NCBI GenBank assembly: GCA_041175665.1
Contig: JBEDEM010000003.1
Coordinates: 5,581 to 69,580 of the forward strand
Origin: Pseudomonadota bacterium
GTDB taxonomy: Bacteria > Pseudomonadota > Gammaproteobacteria > Burkholderiales > Burkholderiaceae_E
Length of the DNA stretch: 64,000 nucleotides
Direction of reading: 5' to 3'
Part shown: positions 1 to 10,173 of the stretch, piece by piece
Numbering within the stretch: position 1 is the first letter of the stretch
How the letters are laid out: each line of letters opens with the position of its first letter
The notes under the pieces: generated by a model
What the model was told of the DNA's origin: nothing
Seen by the model: the letters and a program-made list of their open reading frames with translations, nothing else
Database searches by the model: none
Translations under genes and position numbers: made by a program

Positions 1-1
1 C

Positions 2-1666
2 TACATCGAAGCGCTCATCTATGCTTGGGATTTATCGGTTCGGGCAGCCCATTTGGACCAAAGTCACGGCTTTTTCAATCCAACCAGTCTTTGCTTGCGG
101 CTTGAAGGCGCTGAACATCTACCCTGCGATCTAGTACTCATTGCGCCTGATCCTGCTCAAGTCAAGGGGGATTGGGAAGTCGCCACCACGCTGCAAAAGC
201 ATGGGACTACAGTCCCCTGGGGCTTTGGCCGTTATCGTGCCGAAAACTATGATGATCTTGCTGATCATCCCGTTGAAATGGGGTCGTTCTCAAAGTTCGA
301 GTTTCAAGCCTGTGGCGTGCCACACTGGCTGATCGTGACCGGTCGTCATCGTTTTGATAACAGGCGTGTTTGTCATGATTTAAAGAAGATTTGTGAAACC
401 CAAATCCGGTTTTTTGATCCAGAAGGCAAGGCGCCCTTTGATCAATACATGTTTCTTCTCACGGTGCTCGGCGAGGGCTATGGGGGCCTTGAGCTCGGCG
501 AGGGCTATGGGGGCCTTGAGCACCGTGACTCGACAGCCTTGATCTGTCAGAGGGATGACCTTCCCGCGCGAAAACAGGCTAGTTCTTCGGCCGACCAAAG
601 AGCCGCACACGGCTTAGCTGACCCAAAAGTTGTCACAGGCCTCGCTGAGCATAGCGAAGGCAAGCGCTCCTCAGACCACAAAGAAGGCGAAAGGGTCGAT
701 GAGCCTAGCGAAGCTTATCAGCGGTTCTTGGGCCTTGCGAGCCATGAGTATTTTCACGCATGGCACGTCAAACGCATTAAGCCTTCAGTCTTTGCCCGCT
801 ACGACTTCGATCAGGAAAATTACACGCGTTTGCTATGGATTTTTGAAGGATTTACCTCTTATTACGATGATTTGATGCTCCTTCGATCCGGTGTCATTTC
901 GAAGCATCGCTATTTGAAGTCTCTTGAGTCGACCATCAATCAAGTGCTAAGAAATCCCTCAAGAAAGGTTCAAAGCCTCGCTGAATCAAGCTTTGACGCT
1001 TGGATAAAATACTATCGACAGGACGAAAACGCTGCCAATGCTGTCGTGAGCTACTACGCCAAAGGGGCAATGGTTGCGCTTTGCATCGACTTGTTGCTTA
1101 GAAGGGAAAGCAATCAAGAAACCAGCCTCGACGATTTCATGCGTCTCTTATGGAATCGCTACGGTAAAGATTTTTATCAGAAGGAGCGCTCTGCCAACAG
1201 AGCCGCCAGGGGCCTAGCCGAAGAAGGATTCGTCCCGCTTCTTTTTGAGGCCTGTGGCATCGAAGCCATAGCCAAGCGCGAAGCGATGGCGCTACAAATC
1301 AAGCAATGGGTGGAGGGCCGCGTCGAGCTACCGCTTAAAGACTTGCTTGCGAGCGCTGGGGTTCGGCTTTCCTATAAGCCGACATCCTTAACTCATGGTA
1401 TGCGATACAGTATCAACCATCAGCAAATGATGATCAATGCTGTACTCATTGGATCTGCAGCACATGCAGCTGGCCTATCCGCTGGCGATCAAATCCTTGC
1501 GATCGACGGCCTAAGGGCGAGCGAGTCAAGGCTTAAGGAGGCAATCGAGCGTTGTGAGGCGCCAATTGACGTCGTCGCTTTCAGACGCGATGAGCTATTT
1601 TGTACGACGCTCAAACCCCTTCCCGAAATCAACCCCGAGGTCATACTCGAGTTTGATACGGCCTAA
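2..1666 (+). CDS. M61 family metallopeptidase (glycyl-aminopeptidase-like) with C-terminal PDZ domain; 5' end cut by window edge
   Basis: The frame is open from nt 2 with no upstream stop. Motifs: GYGGLEH, HExxH zinc motif (SHEYFHAWHVKRIKP), PDZ-like GSAAHAAGLSAGDQILAIDG. TAA stop. Confidence 0.85.
   Translation, partial: YIEALIYAWDLSVRAAHLDQSHGFFNPTSLCLRLEGAEHLPCDLVLIAPDPAQVKGDWEVATTLQKHGTTVPWGFGRYRAENYDDLADHPVEMGSFSKFEFQACGVPHWLIVTGRHRFDNRRVCHDLKKICETQIRFFDPEGKAPFDQYMFLLTVLGEGYGGLELGEGYGGLEHRDSTALICQRDDLPARKQASSSADQRAAHGLADPKVVTGLAEHSEGKRSSDHKEGERVDEPSEAYQRFLGLASHEYFHAWHVKRIKPSVFARYDFDQENYTRLLWIFEGFTSYYDDLMLLRSGVISKHRYLKSLESTINQVLRNPSRKVQSLAESSFDAWIKYYRQDENAANAVVSYYAKGAMVALCIDLLLRRESNQETSLDDFMRLLWNRYGKDFYQKERSANRAARGLAEEGFVPLLFEACGIEAIAKREAMALQIKQWVEGRVELPLKDLLASAGVRLSYKPTSLTHGMRYSINHQQMMINAVLIGSAAHAAGLSAGDQILAIDGLRASESRLKEAIERCEAPIDVVAFRRDELFCTTLKPLPEINPEVILEFDTA
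467..520. repeat. Perfect 27-bp direct tandem duplication (2 copies) inside the M61 peptidase gene
   Basis: ctcggcgagggctatgggggccttgag at 467-493 is repeated exactly at 494-520. It is in frame and gives LGEGYGGLE LGEGYGGLE. Confidence 0.95.
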
Positions 1667-1702
1667 CCGCACGGCACTAAATTGACGCCTAAGATTCCCT
1701 GA

Positions 1703-2509
1703 TCAGGCTTGCTGAGCGAAAAGCGCCTCGAGCGCCTCGCCCGGTACCGGCGCCCGCATGAAGGCCTCGCCAACCAGAAAGCCGTAGACATCTCTTTCAA
1801 GCATGCTTATCACGTCGCTGCGGCTTAAGATGCCGCTTTCAGTCACAAGCAGCTTGTCCTGCGGAATTTCAGGCAAAAGCGCAAGCGTGGTTTCAAGACT
1901 AACTTCGAAGGTATGCAAGTTTCTATTATTAATACCTAGCAAGCTCGTCTTAAGTTTGAGAGCTCGATCCAATTCGTCTCGATTATGAATCTCGACGAGC
2001 ACATCAAGCCCAAAGTCAAGAGCACAATCTTCCAAATCCTTAAGCCTGCGGTCGTCGAGTGCAGCAACGATGAGCAAAATGCAATCTGCGCCTGCCGCGC
2101 AAGCTTGATAAACCTGCCATCGATGGCAAAGAAAATCCTTTCGAATAACCGGTAGTGCACAAGCGTCACGAGCAGCAACGAGGTGGGCAAGTTCGCCCTG
2201 AAAGAAGCCTTCATCAGTGAGTACCGACAAGCAGGATGCGCCGTGGCGCTCATAACTTTTTGCAATGGCAGGTGGATCGAAATCTTTTCGCAATAATCCT
2301 TTGCTGGGACTTGCTCGCTTGATCTCAGCGATTACTGCCGGCTGTTTGGCCTTTACTCGAGCATTCATCGCCCGCGCAAAGCCCCTTGGCCGGTCGACCT
2401 GCAAACGTCTTTGGGCAGCCTCTTCCATAAGTGACAGGGGCGTTTGCAAAAGACCTTGCTCGACTTCCTTTGCTTTAACAGCCATAATACTTTCTAGAAT
2501 TTTGCTCAT
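1703..2509 (-). CDS. trpC: Indole-3-glycerol phosphate synthase
   Basis: [17 protein letters not shown]-terminus, [14 protein letters not shown] and [10 protein letters not shown] motifs; last gene of a trpE-G-D-C run. I prefer the ATG at 2509 over the ORF-track start at 2539, which overlaps trpD. Confidence 0.9.
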   Translation of the reverse strand: MSKILESIMAVKAKEVEQGLLQTPLSLMEEAAQRRLQVDRPRGFARAMNARVKAKQPAVIAEIKRASPSKGLLRKDFDPPAIAKSYERHGASCLSVLTDEGFFQGELAHLVAARDACALPVIRKDFLCHRWQVYQACAAGADCILLIVAALDDRRLKDLEDCALDFGLDVLVEIHNRDELDRALKLKTSLLGINNRNLHTFEVSLETTLALLPEIPQDKLLVTESGILSRSDVISMLERDVYGFLVGEAFMRAPVPGEALEALFAQQA

Positions 2510-2516
2510 CACATAC

Positions 2517-3560
2517 TCAATGCTGAGGACCTGCCGCAAGCTGCTGGCTCAAGCTAATGAAGCTTTCGAGCTTTTGGCGAGCAGCGCCCGATCTGGCAGT
2601 GTCGCGAGCCAACGCCAAACCCTCTGCGATTGAGCCGGCAAGTCCTGCTGCATAGAGCGCTGCACCGGCATTTAAGGAAACAATCTCGAAAGCTGTGCCA
2701 GGCTTGCCTTCTATCGCTTGAAGCAACATAGCCCGAGACTGCTGCGCGTTTTCAACCCGTAAGCTTCGATGACTCATCATTGGCATACCAAAATCTTCAG
2801 GATGGATCTCATACTCGAGGATTTCGCCATGCCTTAGTTCGCCCACCATGGTGGCAGCTCCCAAGGAAATCTCGTCCATGCCGTCTTTGCCCCAAACAAC
2901 CAGCGCATGCTTTGCACCCAAATTCTTTAGTACGCGAATTTGAATGCCTACAAGGTCAGGATGAAACACGCCCATCAAGATATTGGGCGCAGCTGCAGGA
3001 TTGGTGAGTGGCCCTAAAATATTAAAGATTGTTCGCACCCCAAGCTCGCGACGGACCGGCGCTACATTTTTCATTGCGGGATGGTGATTAGGAGCAAACA
3101 TGAAGCCCAATCCGATTTCATTAATACAACGCGCAACTTGTTGCGCTTGAAGATTAATCTGTGCTCCTAAAGCCTCGAGCACGTCGGCACTTCCTGACTT
3201 GGAAGATACCCCGCGATTGCCGTGCTTCGCGACCTTCGCCCCTGCTGCGGCAACCACGAACATCGACGCTGTAGAAATGTTAAAAGTATGCGAACCGTCG
3301 CCGCCCGTACCTACAATATCGACAAAGTGCGGGCCACCATCCACCTCGACGTGATTTGCAAACTCACGCATCACTTGGGCAGCAGCGCTGATTTCGCCAA
3401 TCGTTTCCTTCTTAACCCGCAAACCCATTAATAGCGCGGCAGTGACGGCAGGCGACAACTCACCACGCATGATCATGCGCATCAGCGCAAGCATTTCGTC
3501 ATGAAAAATTTCACGATGATCAATACAACGTGTTAGTGCCTCTTGAGGTGTAATCGTCAT
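2517..3560 (-). CDS. trpD: Anthranilate phosphoribosyltransferase
   Basis: [19 protein letters not shown] and [21 protein letters not shown] motifs; 347 aa; sits between trpG and trpC. Confidence 0.93.
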   Translation of the reverse strand: MTITPQEALTRCIDHREIFHDEMLALMRMIMRGELSPAVTAALLMGLRVKKETIGEISAAAQVMREFANHVEVDGGPHFVDIVGTGGDGSHTFNISTASMFVVAAAGAKVAKHGNRGVSSKSGSADVLEALGAQINLQAQQVARCINEIGLGFMFAPNHHPAMKNVAPVRRELGVRTIFNILGPLTNPAAAPNILMGVFHPDLVGIQIRVLKNLGAKHALVVWGKDGMDEISLGAATMVGELRHGEILEYEIHPEDFGMPMMSHRSLRVENAQQSRAMLLQAIEGKPGTAFEIVSLNAGAALYAAGLAGSIAEGLALARDTARSGAARQKLESFISLSQQLAAGPQH

Positions 3561-3574
3561 TGGTCTAACCTTGA

Positions 3575-4138
3575 TCAGTGTTTCAGAAAACGATCGAGCA
3601 TTGCCATGCCATGCTCAGTATCGATGGATTCTGGATGAAATTGCAGGCCTTCGATTGGCAACTCCCGGTGTCGAACACCCATGATTTCTCCATCTTCGGT
3701 TTGCGCCGTAACCGACAAACTGTCGGGCAAGGTCGCGCGCTCGATAGCTAGCGAGTGATATCGGACGACTGAGAATTGGCGCGGCAGGCCTGTAAAAACA
3801 CCTTGATCCTGATGCGAAACAAGGCTTGACTTCCCATGCATAACTTGCTGAGCCCTGATTATTTTTCCACCAAAGACCTGTCCAATGGACTGGTGACCAA
3901 GACAGACCCCCAAGATCGGAATTTTCCCGCGGAAGTGCTTAATCGCTTGCATGGAAATACCCGCTTCATTGGGTGTGCAAGGCCCCGGTGAAATGACCAA
4001 GTGGCTTGGCTGCAATTGTTCTAAGTCATGCAAGTTAGCGGCATCGTTTCGTACCGTTACAACTTGCGCTCCTAAAGCCCGAAAATACTGAACTAAGTTA
4101 TAGGTGAAGGAATCATAGTTATCGATCATGAGTAGCAT
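3575..4138 (-). CDS. trpG: Anthranilate synthase component II (glutamine amidotransferase)
   Basis: [19 protein letters not shown], catalytic GVCLGHQ and FHPES motifs; 187 aa. Confidence 0.93.
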   Translation of the reverse strand: MLLMIDNYDSFTYNLVQYFRALGAQVVTVRNDAANLHDLEQLQPSHLVISPGPCTPNEAGISMQAIKHFRGKIPILGVCLGHQSIGQVFGGKIIRAQQVMHGKSSLVSHQDQGVFTGLPRQFSVVRYHSLAIERATLPDSLSVTAQTEDGEIMGVRHRELPIEGLQFHPESIDTEHGMAMLDRFLKH

Positions 4139-4198
4139 AGCTGTAATCCTATCGACGAGTCAGATGGCTAAACGAACAAGCTCAGTGAACCAATCAAC

Positions 4199-5698
4199 TC
4201 AGTGTTCAAGCCCGTTTTCCACAAGCTCTGCGGCCTTTAATACAGCCCTTGCCTTCATTTCTGTTTCCTGCCACTCGGCCTCGGGTGAGGAGTCGTAAAC
4301 AATGCCTGCGGCTGCCTGTACATTCAGCATCTTATCTTTCACGATACCGGTGCGGATCGCGATCGCCACATCCATGTGGCCCGACCAACTCAGATAACCG
4401 ACCGCGCCGCCGTATATACCTCGGCGGGTTTTTTCCATATCGTCGATGACCTCCATAGCCCTTACCTTGGGAGCACCAGTCAGCGTGCCCGCTGGAAAAC
4501 TTGCCCTTAAGACATCGATATCATCAAGCCCCTCTTCGAGCAAAGCTTCCACATTCGATACAATATGTTGAACGTGCGAATATTTTTCAATCACCATTTT
4601 TTCAGTCACGCGAACCGTTCCCGTTTTTGCGATTCGACCGAGATCATTACGCGCTAAATCGATCAGCATCAGGTGTTCTGCGCACTCTTTTGGATCAGCA
4701 AGTAATTCGCGAGCAAGCGCTTCATCTTGCTGAGGCGATAAGCCTCGTCGCCTTGTCCCTGCGATGGGTCGAATCGTAATTCGGGTTGCACCTTCTGGAT
4801 CTTCGGTCTCAAGAATTTCTTGTCGAACGAGAATTTCTGGTGAGGCACCCACCACTTGGAAATCACCAAAATCGTAATAATACATATAAGGGGAGGGGTT
4901 GATTGAGCGCAGTGCTCGGTACAGCGCAAGTGGGGGGTGTGAAAAAGGCTTGCGAATCAGCTGTCCAATTTGCACTTGCATTAAGTCGCCAGCCATGATG
5001 AGTTCGCGCGCTTTTCTTGCCGCGTTGAGATAGTCCTGCTTTTCGAAACCTCGGATTTCACTGCTTTCTGGCCCTGGCGCCGGAACCGTTTCATCAACAG
5101 CGTTTTTTAGTCTTGCCTTTAATTCGCGCAGCCGCTTTTGAGTTTGAGTCCAAGCATCTGGGCTTCGCGCATCTGCATAGACCACGAGATAAAGCTTGCC
5201 ACGGAGGTTGTCGACAATCGCTAATTCGTCGACCAGCAAAAACAACATGTCAGGTGTCCCGATAGGATCGGGCTTGGTGCAAGGACCAAGTTTCGGTTCA
5301 ATAAAGCGAACGAGGTCGTATCCAAAGTAGCCTGCCAGGCCGCCACAAAATCGCGGCAATCCAGGCCGCAAAGCAACTTTGAAGCGTTGACGATAGGCAC
5401 GCACAAAGGCTAGGGGGTCACCACGATGAGATTCGACCACCTGATCATCTCGCAGCACTTCGATCAAATCGTCGCGACTGCGAATCGATGTGCGGGCCGA
5501 CAATCCGATGAAAGAATATCGACCAAAGCGCTCTCCACCCTCTACCGACTCGAGTAGGAAGCTATTTTTCCGCTTACCAGGTTCGTTGAGCTTGCAATAA
5601 ACGGACAAAGGGGTTTCCAAGTCCGCCAGGCACTCGCTAATAAGTGCAATTCGGTCGAAACCTTGCGCCGCAATCGCTTTAAATTCAAACTCAGTCAT
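4199..5698 (-). CDS. trpE: Anthranilate synthase component I
   Basis: LLESVEGGERFGRYSFIG, IAGTRRRG and FPAGTLTGAPKVRAME motifs; 499 aa. Confidence 0.93.
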   Translation of the reverse strand: MTEFEFKAIAAQGFDRIALISECLADLETPLSVYCKLNEPGKRKNSFLLESVEGGERFGRYSFIGLSARTSIRSRDDLIEVLRDDQVVESHRGDPLAFVRAYRQRFKVALRPGLPRFCGGLAGYFGYDLVRFIEPKLGPCTKPDPIGTPDMLFLLVDELAIVDNLRGKLYLVVYADARSPDAWTQTQKRLRELKARLKNAVDETVPAPGPESSEIRGFEKQDYLNAARKARELIMAGDLMQVQIGQLIRKPFSHPPLALYRALRSINPSPYMYYYDFGDFQVVGASPEILVRQEILETEDPEGATRITIRPIAGTRRRGLSPQQDEALARELLADPKECAEHLMLIDLARNDLGRIAKTGTVRVTEKMVIEKYSHVQHIVSNVEALLEEGLDDIDVLRASFPAGTLTGAPKVRAMEVIDDMEKTRRGIYGGAVGYLSWSGHMDVAIAIRTGIVKDKMLNVQAAAGIVYDSSPEAEWQETEMKARAVLKAAELVENGLEH

Positions 5699-5805
5699 GA
5701 TGATTCGCTCCTCACCAGCCTTCGTTTTATCATCTCCCTCGTTTAGCCTAGCTTAACGCACGCGCTAAAGAGAGCGCACTGGTTGCGATGGAGGGCTGGT
5801 TGGTT

Positions 5806-6546
5806 CTACGCGTCGCTACCGAGTGCTGGGTTAATGCCAGCACCACCAACGCCATGCGGCGTTTTTGATCGGTAGCTTGATTGCAATGTCCATTGTGCAA
5901 AGGCGTCTATGCTTTGAACTATACCATCGCAGGGGATGTGTTCAAGCGCTACCCCCTCCCTGTAGCCGTAGGGCAGCAAAAAGACCTTCATGCCGGCAGC
6001 CCTTGCTGCTTGCGCATCATTGGCGGAATCGCCCAGCATCCAAACTGAGCTTGTCGAAACTCCCAACCTACTTGCAGCCTCCAATAGCGGCTGTGGGTGT
6101 GGCTTTTTATGAGCGAGTGCATCGCCACCTATAGCAAATTGAAAATATTGACTCAGGTTTGAGCGCTCAAGCAAGGACTCGGTAAAGCTTTGAGCTTTGT
6201 TGGTCACTACTGCCATCGGCACCTTTGCAGCGTGCAAACGCTCGAGGCCTTCGATCACACCTTCAAAGGGCTTAGCCCAGCAACCGTTATATTGTTCATA
6301 AACCGAAACAAAGCGATCCATCCCTTGGGCATATGCATCAGGCTTTGCATCGCCATCAAGATCATCGGTCAATAATCGATGTACAAAACGCTCAGCGCCT
6401 TTTCCAACAAAACTAAGCACACGCACATCGCTAAGTGGTGCCAGCGCCATCGCCTCTCGAATAGCATGACCTGATTGCACAAGGTCCTTGGCCGTATCAA
6501 GCAATGTACCGTCAAGGTCAAAAAGGAGTGCTTCAAAGCCTGCCAT
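5806..6546 (-). CDS. gph: Phosphoglycolate phosphatase (HAD superfamily)
   Basis: HAD motif I LLFDLDGTLLDT, VTNK, and GDSANDAQAARAAG motif; position between rpe and trpE is typical. ATG at 6546; TAG stop. Confidence 0.85.
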   Translation of the reverse strand: MAGFEALLFDLDGTLLDTAKDLVQSGHAIREAMALAPLSDVRVLSFVGKGAERFVHRLLTDDLDGDAKPDAYAQGMDRFVSVYEQYNGCWAKPFEGVIEGLERLHAAKVPMAVVTNKAQSFTESLLERSNLSQYFQFAIGGDALAHKKPHPQPLLEAASRLGVSTSSVWMLGDSANDAQAARAAGMKVFLLPYGYREGVALEHIPCDGIVQSIDAFAQWTLQSSYRSKTPHGVGGAGINPALGSDA

Positions 6547-6564
6547 GATCAAATAGGGAACGCT

Positions 6565-7308
6565 TCAAACCCTGCCATTGGAGCTTGAGGCATGGATGTC
6601 ATTGGGGCTTGGGGCATGGACCCCATCAATCGCCTGACGCAATTGCTTGATAACCTGCCGATAATGACCATCGGGATCGGGCGATGAAAACACCGCGGAT
6701 CCCGCAACAAAGCAATCCGCGCCTGCCTGGGCGATCTCGCGGATATTGTCAATTTTTATCCCACCATCGACTTGTAAAACAATCCGATGACCACCCTCAG
6801 CCTGATGCTGATCAATCATGCTGCGAAGCGCTTGAATTTTTGCGATCGTTGCCGGCAAAAACTGTTGTCCACCGAACCCCGGATTAACCGACATCAGCAA
6901 AATCAAATCGAGCCGATGCATGACGAAGTCGAGCAAGTGAAGCGGTGTAGCCGGATTCAGTACCAGGCCCGCCTTGCAGCCATGGTCCTTGATCAATTGC
7001 AAAGACCGATCAATATGTTCGGAAGCTTCAGGATGAAAACTGATCCAATCCGCACCGGCCTGGGCAAACCCACTGATGAGTGCATCGACTGGCTTGACCA
7101 TTAAGTGCACATCGAGCGGCAAACGGGTGTGTGGTCTTATTGCTTTACAAACCATGGGGCCGAAACTGAGATTGGGTACGTAGTGGTTGTCCATCACATC
7201 AACATGTACCCAATCGGCACCGCTGGCCTCAAGCGCACGCACTTCATCACCAAGTCTTGCGAAGTCGGCAGATAAAAGGCTAGGGGCAATGCAGTAGCGG
7301 CTTTTCAT
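6565..7308 (-). CDS. rpe: Ribulose-phosphate 3-epimerase
   Basis: [49 protein letters not shown] and QVDGGI motifs. An alternative upstream ATG lies at 7326. The C-terminus is about 20-25 aa longer than usual. Confidence 0.9.
   Translation of the reverse strand: MKSRYCIAPSLLSADFARLGDEVRALEASGADWVHVDVMDNHYVPNLSFGPMVCKAIRPHTRLPLDVHLMVKPVDALISGFAQAGADWISFHPEASEHIDRSLQLIKDHGCKAGLVLNPATPLHLLDFVMHRLDLILLMSVNPGFGGQQFLPATIAKIQALRSMIDQHQAEGGHRIVLQVDGGIKIDNIREIAQAGADCFVAGSAVFSSPDPDGHYRQVIKQLRQAIDGVHAPSPNDIHASSSNGRV
6576..6623. repeat. Imperfect 24-bp tandem repeat (2 copies, 19/24 identical) at the 3' end of rpe
   Basis: cattggagcttgaggcatggatgt (6576-6599) versus cattggggcttggggcatggaccc (6600-6623). 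Confidence 0.8.
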
Positions 7309-7430
7309 CGGTATGCTTGAGTCCATCGTTCATTGTAATGGGGCATGGACTTATCGTGATTTACCGAAGGTAATCGTCTACCCTGAGCTTGAAGGCGTCT
7401 CGACCCACATTAAAAGACTTGGATTCCACG

Positions 7431-7820
7431 ATGGCTGAACACCGAAAAGCGAGCTACCAGTTCAAGATTACCGTGAAAACGGTTTATCTTCCCGAGCAAT
7501 CCTCGCCTGAGCAGGAGCGTTACACCTTCGCCTACACCATCACCATTGCCAACACCGGATCAATCCCCGCACAACTGATTAGCAGGCACTGGGTCATTAC
7601 GACGGACGACGGTGAGGTTAATGAGGTCAAGGGGCTTGGCGTGGTTGGTCAACAACCGCTGATCGCACCAGGGCAAGGCTTTGAATACACGAGCGGTTCA
7701 CAGGTAAACACCCCCACGGCCACGATGACAGGCAGTTACTTCTTTGTCGCAGAGGACGGCGAGCGATTCGAGCAGGAAATTCCGCCTTTTGTGCTGAGTA
7801 TCCCCCGAACCTTGCACTAA
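7431..7820 (+). CDS. apaG: ApaG (DUF525) protein
   Basis: ERYTFAYTITIANTGSIPAQLISRHWVITTDDGEVNEVKGLGVVGQQPLIAPGQGFEYTSG is the typical ApaG core. ATG at 7431 gives about 129 aa. Confidence 0.85.
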   Translation: MAEHRKASYQFKITVKTVYLPEQSSPEQERYTFAYTITIANTGSIPAQLISRHWVITTDDGEVNEVKGLGVVGQQPLIAPGQGFEYTSGSQVNTPTATMTGSYFFVAEDGERFEQEIPPFVLSIPRTLH

Positions 7821-7843
7821 GGATTTCGAAGTCCCTTATTTCC

Positions 7844-7927
7844 TTAGCGTTTGCCCCGCATAGTCCACCAGACGATGAATAAGACGAGGGCCAGAATGCC
7901 AAAGGCTTCGAGATAAATCACCCACAT
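7844..7927 (-). CDS. Possible 27-aa hydrophobic mini-protein (MWVIYLEAFGILALVLFIVWWTMRGKR)
   Basis: ATG-to-TAA ORF below the ORF-track size cutoff, in the apaG/dsbC intergenic gap. It has one clear TM helix followed by basic residues. No homology check was possible. Confidence 0.25.
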   Translation of the reverse strand: MWVIYLEAFGILALVLFIVWWTMRGKR

Positions 7928-7988
7928 GGCGCATCACCCCAGCGTCGGATAAAACATAAAGTCAAAGTAGCGCTCAACCCAGAGCAAT

Positions 7989-8783
7989 TCATAACTTATT
8001 GTTTTCTTCAAGCATTTTTTCAAATTGAGCCATGGGTGCATAGCCTGTGAGTCGCTTGCCGTTCGGAAAGAAGATGGTTGGCGTCCCGGTTACACCCAAA
8101 CTCCGGCCAAGGTCTTTTAGTTTGGCAATCGGCGCATCGCACGAAGGTGATGCCGTAGGAGGCGCCTTACCTGAGAGCATCATTTCGTTCCATGCTTTTG
8201 ACTTGTCTGCAGCACAAAGTGCATTTCGCGACTTGACCTCTGAATCCGGCGAAAGCAGCGGAAGAACAAAGGTGTAGATCGTTACGTCTTTAATACCGAC
8301 AAGGTCAGCGCGTAGTTTTCGGCAATAGCCACAATTCGGATCTTCAAAAACTGCCATAACCCGCCTGCCATTGCCTTGCACTTGCTTGAAAGCGAGTTGA
8401 AGTGGCAGGTCTTTGAACTGGATCGCAGATAACTCTTCGGTTCGCTCACGGGTGATATTGCGATTGTTTTTTAGATCAATTAACTGGCCTTCGATAAATG
8501 CGTAAGCGGCCTTCTCGTCGACATAAATAAGATCGGTGCCGAGCCGAACCTCATAGAGACCTGTGATCGGCGTGCGCGCTACGGCATCAACCTTGTATTT
8601 ACCTTTGAGCCACGCCTCGATACTTTGCTTGATGCTCGATTCAACGGCGCTTGGCACAACAGCAGTTTGAGATTGGGCTGGGGACATCGCCAAGCAAAAG
8701 AGCAAGACGCTCAAGAGAAGTTGCCCGGCAAATGAACCGGTCAGCGAGCGCAGGCTTTGTAAATTGTTATAGCTAATGTTCAT
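7989..8783 (-). CDS. Periplasmic thiol:disulfide interchange protein, DsbC/DsbG family
   Basis: Signal-peptide-like N-terminus and thioredoxin-fold CGYC active site (FEDPNCGYCRKL), C-terminal GTPTIFF. Start at ATG 8783; a TTG lies at 8795. Confidence 0.85.
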   Translation of the reverse strand: MNISYNNLQSLRSLTGSFAGQLLLSVLLFCLAMSPAQSQTAVVPSAVESSIKQSIEAWLKGKYKVDAVARTPITGLYEVRLGTDLIYVDEKAAYAFIEGQLIDLKNNRNITRERTEELSAIQFKDLPLQLAFKQVQGNGRRVMAVFEDPNCGYCRKLRADLVGIKDVTIYTFVLPLLSPDSEVKSRNALCAADKSKAWNEMMLSGKAPPTASPSCDAPIAKLKDLGRSLGVTGTPTIFFPNGKRLTGYAPMAQFEKMLEENNKL

Positions 8784-8859
8784 AAGGAATCTCAAAAACC
8801 TTTGTCCAGAGTCGATAGAGGGATGTCAGCGTATCAGCATGACCGGAGCATAGCGCGCA

Positions 8860-10173
8860 TCAACGGCCCGGCCCGTGACGAGAAGCATGGTGAATCATCG
8901 CAGACTGCAGCCATGAACTGCCAGCGAGCCGAGACCAGGCCCACCGAGCCAAGCCGCCAACGTACTGGGGCAAAGGTTCACGAAAAGTCTGCTGCAAAGT
9001 CCTTGTGAGTATCGACATGGCAAGCACCGGCTCAGCGCGGCGACGAGCATAACGTTCTAAAACAGAACGAACACCAGGGTCGTGTCGCGCGGCGGGACTT
9101 GAAAGCACATCGAGTAATTCGATGATGTCACCGATTCCAAGATTGAGGCCCTGGCCAGCCATCGGATGCACCACATGTGCCGCATCAGCAAGCAAGACCA
9201 ATCGATGGGAACAAGGAGGATCGCTTATGCGATCAAGCAATGGAAATGATGCGGGCCTACTTATGCAGTTCAGCAAGCGAGGAGCATCGCTTGAACATGA
9301 TTCGATATGAGATTGCACCTTATGGCAAAGCGCATCAGGATCAAGGACCATTAAGGATTGCGCCAGCGGCCTGGGCGCAGACCAAACCATACTCATCGCT
9401 TCTCCAGGCAAAGGTAAAAGCGCAAGAATGCCTTGTTGACCAAACCATTGAAACGCCGTGTGGCGATGATGATGATCAATGGAAAAATTAGCGACGACCG
9501 CTGCCGATTGGTAATCGATCTCGCGGCTCTTTATGCCAGCAAGTTGCCTCAACGCAGAACGGGCACCATCGCAGCCGATCAAAAGTTTGGCCCTTATTCG
9601 CTGCCCGCTTTCAAGCTGAATACGACGCCGTAGGCTGCGAGCATCGCCAGCATCTGCCTCCAGACTGACCAGGGCATCCTTGAATCGAAAGGCTTGCGTC
9701 ATAGCAAGGGCTTGCTGCCCAGCTGCGATCAGCTCGGATTGCTCAAGGGTTAGTGCAAGTTGATCGACCGCCGCCTTATAGGCATCGAGTACGATGGCTG
9801 ACTTAGCCGACAATCCAGGCGCTTCGAGTTGCATGCGTTCGATTAGGCCAAGACGCGATTCATCGATGGCTGCAGCAAGACCCTGTTGTTGCAACCAGCG
9901 CCAACTTGCGGGCGAAAGCGCAAAAATACGCGGATCAAAACCCGGCGCTTGGCGGGTTGAAACAGGGTCTGGCCCGATCAACGCGCAACGATAACCAAGC
10001 CTGGCAAGGCCTTGGGCGGTCAGCAGACCTGCCACCGATGCACCGATAACCGCAACGTCGAGCTCAAGTTCAGCATCAGCGCCTGCCAAAGAGGGAGTCG
10101 ACGCTTTAGCTGCCGAAAATGGCATGTCAGGAAGCGGCATTGCCGAAGAAGTTGGACTTGAGAAAGCTTGCAT
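8860..10173 (-). CDS. FAD-dependent monooxygenase, UbiH/UbiF/VisC family
   Basis: GxGxxG dinucleotide fold (DVAVIGASVAGLLTAQGLARLG), GCDGARSALR, and DAAHVVHPMAGQGLNLGIGD fingerprint. Confidence 0.85.
   Translation of the reverse strand: MQAFSSPTSSAMPLPDMPFSAAKASTPSLAGADAELELDVAVIGASVAGLLTAQGLARLGYRCALIGPDPVSTRQAPGFDPRIFALSPASWRWLQQQGLAAAIDESRLGLIERMQLEAPGLSAKSAIVLDAYKAAVDQLALTLEQSELIAAGQQALAMTQAFRFKDALVSLEADAGDARSLRRRIQLESGQRIRAKLLIGCDGARSALRQLAGIKSREIDYQSAAVVANFSIDHHHRHTAFQWFGQQGILALLPLPGEAMSMVWSAPRPLAQSLMVLDPDALCHKVQSHIESCSSDAPRLLNCISRPASFPLLDRISDPPCSHRLVLLADAAHVVHPMAGQGLNLGIGDIIELLDVLSSPAARHDPGVRSVLERYARRRAEPVLAMSILTRTLQQTFREPLPQYVGGLARWAWSRLAGSSWLQSAMIHHASRHGPGR

Noticed and set aside
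5699-5805. Trp attenuator or leader peptide upstream of trpE
   Set aside because: The only mini-ORF (MIKRRLVRSES, overlapping the trpE ATG) has no Trp codons and coincides with the trpE GAGGAG Shine-Dalgarno. No terminator/antiterminator pair with a U-tract is visible.
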